DNA from: Pavona decussata
Lineage: Eukaryota
Reading direction: 5' to 3'
Assembly (NCBI GenBank): GCA_977016875.1
Contig: CDRNST010000093.1
Coordinates: 62,001-126,000, forward strand
Length of the DNA: 64,000 nt
Part shown: piece by piece, positions 23,425 to 33,540 of the stretch
Numbering within the stretch: position 1 is the first letter of the stretch
Layout: the number at the start of each line of letters is the position of its first letter
The notes under the pieces: model-generated
What the model saw: only the letters and a program-made list of their open reading frames with translations
Database searches by the model: none
What the model was told of the DNA's origin: nothing
Position numbers and translations under genes: made by a program

Positions 23425-24110
23425 TCAGGGCTAAATTTCAACGATCCTCTTCGAAAGTAGACTGTTTAAGATAGCGTGACCTACTATTAGTAAATGATAT
23501 TATATTTATTGCAGTTTGATTTGGAAAAAAATCTCAAACAAAAATTGTGATAATTGATAAACTTTTGAGCAAAAGACAGAAGACCAACGGAGCATTTTTA
23601 TTTCAAAGTTGCTACCGTCTCGTTTACATTTCTGAGAAAAGCTTCATTACACTTCATGTTTATTCACAAGAAAATGGAATGAAATGTTTTAAAAGGGTAC
23701 TCGATGTAGCTCTGAAAATTCCGAGCTATCTTCACTACCCATTGGAGCGAGTGTTACATCCACTAACGTTATATACAGACCCATTAATTGATTTATATTA
23801 CATGTAATGCGATCAATGTAACATCACTTCGGAGAAACGCCGAATATTATTGTCACTTCAGGGCTAAATTTAAACGAGCCCCTTCGAAAGTAGAATGTGT
23901 GAGATAGCGTGACATATTCTATTGTACAGTGAACGCTAGATTTGGAGAAAAAATCTCAAACAAAAATCAGGATTGTTGCTGAATTTTCGGCAAAAGATTA
24001 AAGACCAAATGAAATCTTTTGTGTCAAAGCCTTCAATCGCTGCGTTTACATTTCTGAGAAAAGCTACATTGCACTTCATGTTTATTCACAAAAAAAATAA
24101 ATGAAAGCGT
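23425..24110 (+). repeat. Diverged tandem duplication (~260-bp units at ~23425-23690 and ~23857-24110)
   Basis: Shared blocks tcagggctaaattt, cttcgaaagtag, aatctcaaacaaaaat and cgtttacatttctgagaaaagct. Each unit contains TTCTGAGAA. Confidence 0.8.
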
Positions 24111-24609
24111 ATATTAAATGAAGCGCTGAAAATGTCGACCTGTTTTGATGTGTAATAAATATAATTTAGCTTCTGAGTCTTCTAACGTCAGAGGTAATTT
24201 CAAGGAAGCTGCAGACAAGAAAAATCACAGGTATTGAATATGACCTACGGTAAGTCAATCCGCGATACAACACAACATTTCCGAGAAAAGCCGGAACGGA
24301 TGAAATGCGCCATGCTAAAATAATTCCAAATATTTACATATGTGAAGAAATGAAAGAAAAAGAAAAGAAAACTTAACATAGGAACGTTCATCTTGAAATT
24401 AAGAATTTTAACAAAATCGGTGACGATGCAGTGAGAAAATTAAAAACATTGGAACCTGACGCTTGTCAAACGATGAAAAGTCGAACGCGTTTCTAGGAAA
24501 TTGTGAGGCTAGTAGCGCATGATCAATCTAATATATTAACACAAATCGAAAGCTTAATTTTCATAACGACAGTTGCTTCGACTCCGTGGTCTGAAACGCC
24601 AGTATAAAA

Positions 24610-25875
24610 ATGGACGTTCTTCGTAATGCGTTTGGCTTTGGAGCGCGTTTTAAAGTCCACATGTTTCACGAAGACGTTGACAGGATGACGCAACTAGTTC
24701 TCCGTCATCCAGCGAAAGAAACAGGAGGTAATCTGTTTGGTTTGTGGACTCACGACCAAGAGCCTGTTTTGCACATTGTGCTTGGACCAGCTAAAGGCTG
24801 CACACGAACGGAGGTCTCTTTCTACCAGAGCATTCCATACCTGGAGCGTGTTGGGAAGATCCTTACGGAACAGTACCAGCTCTGTCACATTGGAGAGTGG
24901 CATTCGCACCATCGACTACATCTCTCGGAGCCAAGCAGCGGTGATTCATCGACCGTGATTCGAAATTACCCCAGAGGGACGTGTGGTTTTCTTCTCATCA
25001 TTGCCAACATAAAGCCAAGTGGGGAGGTCACCCTATCGCCGTACCTTTACAAAGAGGGACAAAGAGACTATGAAAAAGGTGAAGTTCACATTATCCGTGG
25101 CTCATTGCAGAGTCCATTCAGTAAAGTGGAATACATACTGAAAAACATAAATGATGGCGAAGATTGGAGTACGACTATTAACGAGCAAAGGCCGAGGGTA
25201 AATTATGGGCAGAATCCGCCTGTCCCTGCAAAAAATGACGAAGAGCCCTGTGTTTACATGTTCCAAGAAGACGAGAAGATGATTAAGGAGTTACTTCGGG
25301 AACGTGGTACCGGCAAGATTAACATTGAGGGAGAATTGCTCGGCTTGTGGACAACTCGCAAAGAACCTGTGTTGCACGTCGTCCTCAGGCCGAACAGTAA
25401 CAAGAAGGAACAACAGCCATTTAACCATCCTCTACAAGAGGCCGAGGAAAAGCCAGGGGAAAGCCTTTCAAAAGAGTATCCATCCTTGCAAAATATCGGA
25501 AGATATGTTCTTCGAGATAATTCTCTGCCAAATCCAAATCCAAATCCTGAAAAAGGAAGTTTAGAAGAAGCTTACAGGATCTGCCAAGAATTTCCTTACG
25601 GGGGTGTTTTGGTCGTAGCTTATTGTGTGGTAGTTGACGCCGAGGAGCAACCTGCTTTGGCTGGGTATGTATACCACGGCAATCCGGATAAATGTCAGTC
25701 ACTTGAAGTAAGCATCCTTTCTGGTACAAAGATCTACAGTGAAAAACAGGAGCCAAACGGCAAGATTGAGGAACAGGGAGGCAAAGAAGGAGACACCAAA
25801 GGGGATCTAATAGATTTCGACGAAAAGCGGCCTGACTCCCCCAGTGGAAACTTCGGACAGGATACGTTTGTCTGA
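24610..25875 (+). CDS. Tandem JAB protein (JAB-E): N-terminal intact JAMM plus C-terminal degenerate JAB
   Basis: ETGGNLFGLWT...IGEWHSHHRLHLSEPSSGD, followed by a second domain VYMFQED...IEGELLGLWT...NIGRYVL that lacks the metal ligands. Confidence 0.88.
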   Translation: MDVLRNAFGFGARFKVHMFHEDVDRMTQLVLRHPAKETGGNLFGLWTHDQEPVLHIVLGPAKGCTRTEVSFYQSIPYLERVGKILTEQYQLCHIGEWHSHHRLHLSEPSSGDSSTVIRNYPRGTCGFLLIIANIKPSGEVTLSPYLYKEGQRDYEKGEVHIIRGSLQSPFSKVEYILKNINDGEDWSTTINEQRPRVNYGQNPPVPAKNDEEPCVYMFQEDEKMIKELLRERGTGKINIEGELLGLWTTRKEPVLHVVLRPNSNKKEQQPFNHPLQEAEEKPGESLSKEYPSLQNIGRYVLRDNSLPNPNPNPEKGSLEEAYRICQEFPYGGVLVVAYCVVVDAEEQPALAGYVYHGNPDKCQSLEVSILSGTKIYSEKQEPNGKIEEQGGKEGDTKGDLIDFDEKRPDSPSGNFGQDTFV

Positions 25876-26749
25876 TTGTAAAGCTTTATATGCTGATCTG
25901 CGTTACAATTCCCGAGCTCAGATGAATTGTTAAGAACTGATAGAGAGCTCGCCAGACTCCAAGGACACTAAAGTATTAATTATAATCTGAAAAAATTAGT
26001 CAAGTATATACAGAACGAACATAACGAACTATCCTTATGCCTTTAGTTAAGAATAATATTAAACACTAATTATAAATTTCTTGAGATGCTAAGGATATCC
26101 CAAATTAGGGATATTGAGTTCATATTTTCGTTTCATTTTCGTTTGATCTCTCAGGCCGCCCGGAAGTGTTCTCATCAGTATAGTGAAAAAGGTAGTTTAG
26201 CTCCGCGCAGTTCAATTTTGCTTTCAGGAGTAACAAACGGCAAATCATACGGGATGGTAACAGTTAACAGCTTTTACGGTCATACTATTGGATGTGTCTG
26301 GTGTGAACTGATTTAGTAATCAAGATTATAGAATGACTAGTACTTGATTTCTTGGAAACACGAATGTATCGTCAAAGTTTCAGACTAAATATATTTTTTT
26401 AAAAACCCAAGGACGTCAAAATTGCACTTTGCAAGTCTGCTCGTTTTCTGAATTGTGATGCAAAGGCAATTTAATTCATTTTCTAATGACCTGGAGTTTT
26501 ATACCTCCTCATAACCCAACTCCTACAACCTCTCACTGCTGACTGAAACGATCGCGGTCTCTTTAATGGCTTTCGCGGAAAATTGCGCATGCCCTATAAT
26601 TTCCGCTTTCATTTTAGTCAAACATCTTCCGCGAAGCAAAGTCGACATTGCCAGCGCGTTTCTCTCGCTTTCATTTCAAAGCCGAACTAAGCTACTGAGT
26701 CTTCAGTCTTGTGATTATTTCTGCTTGACCTGAGGTGTGTGAAGCAAGT

Positions 26750-27010
26750 ATGGAGGATAAGAGTAACCGGTCAACCAGGCCATATGACACAGGCTACAGC
26801 GAGTCGTTAAGAGACAGAGCGGCGGTGGTAAACTACAGCAATCGGCGACCACAAGAGGCAAGACAGGAGCGGCTTCACTTTGATATGGATACCGGACGAT
26901 TGATGGTGAACAATTCGCCCGAGGAACAGCCAGCTCTGCCGGATAGAGGACCCGTGCCAGACCGTCCTGTTCTGGATAAAATGGCTTCTCAAGGTTTCTT
27001 TCTTGACTGA
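26750..27010 (+). CDS. Small GFF-motif protein P6 (86 aa)
   Basis: ATG at 26750. Reads ...QERLHFDMDTGRLMV...PDRPVLDKMASQGFFLD*. Confidence 0.82.
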   Translation: MEDKSNRSTRPYDTGYSESLRDRAAVVNYSNRRPQEARQERLHFDMDTGRLMVNNSPEEQPALPDRGPVPDRPVLDKMASQGFFLD

Positions 27011-30000
27011 ACTGTGTCGGCTCTGAACTAAAGTCGAGTCGGACTGCTAGATGAATGCTTTTTATGACTCATAGATAAACATTAACGCTTTGTAAATCGC
27101 TAAAATGTTCATCGAGCAACCTGTGGGAACAGTTACAGAGAGTAGAAAATTATTTATAACATCTTGATGTCAGTATCATGGGCTCTTCACCGACTGCTTC
27201 ACCATCGATTATAAATGCAACGACTGTAACCTAGAATGGATTAGTCATAATTTTCTGTCAATTTAAATTCAGTAATAGCTTAATAATAGCCGAGACCATT
27301 TAAAGATCGAATAGAAGGTTCCATTTTTCCGTTGTCGTAGCCGTTTTGTGTCTGACAACAAATAAGTAAGTTTTCGTCCGAATACTGTAAACTATCTTGC
27401 TGGTTAATTTCGTGCATAAATTTTTAGACTTCTACAACATCAATGTAACGTCCAGCATTTTCCAGTTGGCAATTTGTTGATTTCGTTTTTATCAATAACA
27501 TGGATAGCTGTGTATCATGTAATAAACTCATTGAAAAAGGAGCGTAAGAATCTATATTCTTGGCTTACATGTTTAAATTACGATATCTCAGTGTTCGGCT
27601 CTGCTGTTTGGGTGTCATTGGCCAAATCTCAAACGCAATAGACGAGCTTGTTTACTTTATGGCAATATTTCACCTTCTTTGCTAAATCTGAATTGAATAC
27701 GTGTACAACACACACCAAATTATATTTCCTCTATATAGCAGTACGGATGTATCAGCTGTCGACGCGGAGCAGTAAAGAGACTCCTTATATTATAGAAGCA
27801 TTTGAAACTATTTTCTCTATTTAAGAGGAAGCGGTGAAGGATATTCTTCATCTTCATGGTATTAATCTCTCCCCCAAGGAATCGTATTTAGGCTCTTTCT
27901 CTTCTCATTAATTACGGTATGCCGCTTATTTATACACGTTTTCTACATTCAGGTTGTTCTGGCTTTCGAAGCATACTGACAGGTCATCATGATCATCACA
28001 TTTCAGCATTCCTACAAAGCGTCAACACAGCGAAGATAGTTTGTGTTGCGAGCGAAAGTGAAAAGTACAACGTCGGAAAACCAAGGATATCTTTAATGTT
28101 TGCAAATGCTTCTTTTTTTTATCGATACGCAAGACTTTTTAAAAACCGCAGTAAACCACGATACAAAAGGGATTCTAAAAAGGATCAAGTTAAGACACAT
28201 CTTGTAAACAGATTTTCTCTCATTTCCAAGAAAACTCATGTTTTGTATTTATGAACCAAGCGACCAATCAGACGGAGGCAAACTCTCAAGGGCTTAAAGT
28301 TCGATTTCCAAGGTAAGTCATTTTCCAAAAATAAGACTTATTAACATGCGACAAAAACATGTCAGTGCAAACAGAGTGTTTCATTATTTACAAGACACAT
28401 TCCAAGAAAATCCGGATGACTAAGGACACTTGTTATAAATTGTCGGCATTTCCGGGAAAAACACCAAGACAAAAACATTGCTAACAAACAGACCTGTTCC
28501 AAGATTACCATTCTTACAATTACCATTTAGTCCATCTGTTTTATCCACGTTTTCTTGAAAATGTTTGTCAAAGCCAGAGCCAGAAGATATGCCTGCTTGG
28601 AAGAATGTTCAGCAGATTTAAACAATAACACTTCAGTTTGTTTTTCAAGGTTTTCACAGAAGGATCGATTGCTCACACGAGGGGAAATTTCCCGGAAATA
28701 TGACATATGTACAAACTCCTATTGATTCTAACCGAAGGAACATGCCGCGGGTACACGATGAATATACATTTGTTCGGTTTAATTTCATGATGCTGCAGAA
28801 GGCAGATTGTTCTGACCCATTAATTGGATAAACCTATTCCGGCTCATTGCGCCTCAACCTTTAAGTTACAATGAGTGCAGATCGAAAAACGTAATTCCCA
28901 ATGACATAATTCTATCCGTACCCATTCCTAAATAAAATGAAGTTGTTTGATATGGTCGATTATTTTCCGTTGGCTTGTCTCTTTTCTGTTCCGGTGGGAT
29001 GTTCTCCGGGCCCTTTCGCGTTCCGGTTGAGGTCACGCAATTTTTCGAATCTGTCACGCTTAGTCACACTACTTCTCACAGTTTTCTTTTTAATTCATTG
29101 AAAGACTTACCTCATGTTAAACGGAGGGAAAGCGCTATAGAGATGTCGAAAGCTATGCTTTTTGTGTCATTCTTTTATTAATTTTTTTTTTAGTTAGTCA
29201 AATTAAAGTGCGTTGAGGGGTTTTAATCTGCCTCCCCCTCCGTGGACTTCACACGTTTATGACTTCACTGATGTCAAATTAAACCACCTGACCAATCTCA
29301 CTTCTAAGTGAACTTGATGATGCGATCCATATGTCCACTGAAGTGGCCGCGCGGTGGTGCAGCGGTTCTATGGGAAGGTCGAGGAGTGGTTGATTTGCGA
29401 CTGGGTCCTTCAGTCAGATTGTTCTCCTAGTCAAGACACTTATCTCCTCATGTGCAGGCTCTTTCTCTCCCCCAATAGCGCAGTAAGGGTGAATTTTAAT
29501 TTGATTCCAGTTTAATAAATAATCAGTAAGAATTTTGGCGAAAAATTATTTCCCTTCAGATTGAACGTAACTATCTTCAGCTGCTTCCATTGAATTGCAT
29601 TGCGCATCCTAACTGAGCATAATTTCATGTGTCATTAGCGCGCCCAAATAATAAATTGCGAGATGACTGGTCGTTTTCTCCTAAGCAAGCCATGATAGTG
29701 ATCCCCATATGCATTTTTATTTCATATATTTTAAGATTCTCACTGATATATCCAAGTTTGAAGAATATTTCGTAATTTCAGGATCTTTGACCTAGAAGTA
29801 ATCAAAGTGAAACGAAAAACGCTTAAATGATAAACAAACATAAAAATAACTGTCAGAAAGTTAGAGGGAGAGTTTCACGGTTCGGCGCATGTGCTGTTTT
29901 TGGACCAATTAAAACCAATACATGACACCAGCGGGATACGGCGGGCAAGAGCGGGCAAGTCTTATAACTTGTTCGCCAGGCCAGTGTAAAATTAACGTGA

Positions 30001-31417
30001 ACTACCATACCAAATTGTTCCCTAATAAATTTCTGAAAATAGTTTCTTGTCGTATACGCAAATGTAAAGAAACGTTATAAACTTTCAAAGTAGTCGCGGG
30101 CAGAACCCACCCCACCCCCGGTCTAGATAAGGTTTCACTTCTGCACCCATCCAAACAAACATGGTTAAATATGACCAACTTTGGTGCTATAGTTAAAACT
30201 TGGCGTGTCAGGCGACGTTGGTGGCCCTTTCATCTTTCAGTTTGTTTCAGAAGGTCCAAATGTAAAAGGTGGTATCACTCGCTATTATAAAACCATTTCT
30301 GGAACTGGAAATTGAAATTCAAGTTCCCCTTCTATTGTTATGTAAGATTTCATTTTCCATCACAATGATACAAAATCGTGCGATTTGTCTCTATTTAAAA
30401 TTCACTTTGAGAGGAAACAGCCCTGAAAAGCCAGGACAAAAGACTTGATAATAAGGTAAGGAGTCATTTAACTTTAAAGTCCATTTAACTTAAATTTGCA
30501 ATAGCTGTTGATAAGTACAATCAATCAAGCTTCATTTATTCACAACAGTATTTGAATATCACTTAAACGGAGAGTCACCGAAACTGTTAAGAATCTTAAC
30601 TGGCTGAGCAAGAACCTGAAAAATCGACCTCCAGACAAAACTTACAAAACATGAACAAATTGAATACCAAGTTTAATGAAGCCCTCGCATAATATCTTAA
30701 TTTCTTAAAGTACGTTTTTGGCATGGTCCATGCACTAAGTGAGTCATGTTTTGCGGGCTTTTGGTGACCTGGCTTACGAGGTCGGCAGGTGGCAAAGTCT
30801 AATCAGTTGTTGCCGCAAAATAGTTTAGCTAACCTCAGGTAAAACGCTTCCCAGTGCCACGTTGCATAAAGAATCTTAAGACTGTCACGTTCGTGAAGAT
30901 TTTATGCAACTGGTTAGCTTGTGTTTCCGGCTCGTATGACGATCATTAACAACGGACACTGAAAAACAACAAAACTTCAACCAGAGAATTGGGAGTTGGT
31001 ACACGAAACCTCCACTTACGATTGCCCTATGCACCAGTGGGGCTATGATCTTTAGTAAGGTCACTACATTTTTTGAAACTGTTTCTAATGCCCATTCACA
31101 TCAACGCTTAAAAAACGTTTAAAAGCTGTTTAGTTAAACTCAGTTTAATTTTTTTTTCCTTCATAAAAGATGCTTTCGGATTTTTGTCGACTACATATTT
31201 AGCACAAATGAAAGCGTAATTTAAAGTTTTCTTGAATCCTTTGTCAAAGCCAATGGTTCAGCTTTCTATTACCAATTTTCATTTTGTTAAACCTAGCTTA
31301 ATTAAACATATTTTGTTGGCGTGAATGGGGCTAAGAAGTGTATTTCTAAATTAACATCCTAATCAACGGCGTCACCTTTTTGCAGTAACACCCCACGGCT
31401 CCAGTTTGAATTCCACC

Positions 31418-31627
31418 ATGTCCGATTCCAAAGACACCAGATCAGGAAATGGCAAGGTTGGATCACAGAAGTACAATCACAACGATGACGATCAGCCACC
31501 ATCTAACAGTGTTGCCGCGTCCGAGCCCGAGATGGAAACACTGGTTACACCGGGTGCCCAAGACTATCCTGACCGTCCTGTGGTAAGCAGTATGGCTGCT
31601 CAAGGATTTTTCGCGGACTCTGAGTGA
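31418..31627 (+). CDS. Small GFF-motif protein P7 (69 aa), lacking the FD..TG.L segment
   Basis: CCACCATG Kozak context at 31418. Reads ...EMETLV...PDRPVVSSMAAQGFFADSE*. A splice-acceptor-like cctttttgcag ends at ~31385. Confidence 0.78.
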   Translation: MSDSKDTRSGNGKVGSQKYNHNDDDQPPSNSVAASEPEMETLVTPGAQDYPDRPVVSSMAAQGFFADSE

Positions 31628-33540
31628 ACCTGGACCTCCCTTATACAGAGCTGAAGACTTGGTTATTTGTTTTTGTTAAAATACTTTACCCTTCTGTAAG
31701 TTTTGTAAAACGCGATTCAGTTCGCTAGAACTAGCTGCATATGTAAATGAACGATTCTGCATTAAAGATTTTTAACATGTTTAAAAAACATTCATTTTAT
31801 TTAAACAATAGTGTACATGTTTCTGTTGAGGGACTATCGTCTGATAGTTGCCTCGCGGAAATTTGATGGTCTTAAAACAATATTCGTATCGAGAGCTTAT
31901 ATGGCAGTTTTAAGAAAATCAATAGTCCCATTAACATTTTTTCCCAACAAAAATCACAGAGACTGGCATTTCCAATTTCCAGCTCACCAATTCAATCTTT
32001 ATATTATGGCAAAAAGTTGAAACAATTAAGTGCCCCCCCCCCCCTCCCCGCCCCCACTGTCACTTTGAACAAATAGAGCTTGATGATCACTGTTGTCATC
32101 ACCGTCATCCATCATATCCCCTCCCGTCTCTCCGCCCCTCCCACTCCCACCCGAAACACCACACTTTAACCGGTTAACAACGTTTTGTGCGATCACCAAT
32201 AGACACTAAAAAATCTATACTTTATTTTATTCTTTCCTTTTTTAAAATTAATATTACTTTATAACTGCTATTTTCTATTTTTTTTTTTACAAAGCTTAAA
32301 TATTTTAAATAAATTCTTTTTTTTTTTACTTCAGTATCTGATCATATGAAACAATTAAGAACAACGAGTAATTTATCAAACCTATGCAAAGCGTAAGATG
32401 CATTTTCGCATGAAATCAGTCAAAGCGCATGCGTCGTATACGATTTCGAGTAAAGGTCCACGTACAAACAACTAAAAACCCATAAAATTTTCAAGCAATT
32501 TTGTACTTCACCCGCTCCGGGTGTAGTACAACTGTTCTTAAACAGCTTTAAATATATTGGCCTCTCTATAGCATCTAATGCAACTAAAAAAAATTAACTC
32601 CTAAACCACTCTTCTTTTCGGGTGATTTAGTCTTTCCAATATCGTTGCATGTAATCTTATTAGCGATGTGTGTCGTAGGATTGCTACAAGCATATTGCAT
32701 AGAACAGAGTTTTACCGTTGAATCGGCTCTTTCTCACAACAACACCTAACGGCAATTTAATACGGGCGACCTGCACCGTTTGCAATGTCTTACATGGTTG
32801 GTCGAGAGGACAAAAGAACGAACAACAGAACAATGCTCCCAACCGAAAAAAACAATGCAGCTGCAGGTTATCAGGATCCAGTTAAAATAGAGCTTTTGAA
32901 AAGTACAGGTCTGCTGAGTTAATAAAACGTTTTCACTTAAAACTAACAATCTGCGCTCTTGTTGTTACATGCTTATTATAAAAGACTCCACTAAACATTA
33001 CTGGAAGTCTTAAAGGATAATACAGGGAATTCGTTTTCGAACTCTTCGTGAATTTTCTTTGTGCATTCAGTTGCAAGTAATACTAACCGCCCAGCTTCTA
33101 AACTACAAGTGCAAAAGTTTAACTAAATTGACCCCTGTACCGAATATATCACTGATATATAAGGCGTTTCTATGGCCGGTGGCAAGGGTTTCATTCTAGT
33201 ACGAAATGATTAAAACGAAATGAAATATGAAATGAATAATCAAATCGCGTTAAGTTTATAACGCAATGAGTTTTCAAGGTGAAAACAAAAATTCTCGATC
33301 ACTACCCCCACTGGGCTGATCTCGTACGGCCGGAAATACTTGTACTTATATAAAATCTGTTATTGCAACGACATGTTGAGAACATCGGAGCAGTAACAAG
33401 ACCAAACGGAATGAACTAGTCACATGACCGAAAGCTAGAGATTTCTCTTGCTGAAATTCGTACCGGTTATATATCACGATATAAGAACCCCTTATTTTAT
33501 ATTGATTCCCAACCTACACGTAAAAAACTTATAATTTTTG

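Noticed and set aside
2166-31627. Bacterial contaminant contig or a bona fide CBASS/Bil operon
   Set aside because: The spacers are kb-scale, genes lie on both strands, and eukaryotic signals are present (Kozak, CaaX, AATAAA, splice-like sites). The DNA is contiguous with spliced genes and animal repeats, and no cyclase, E2 or beta-grasp Ubl is recognisable.
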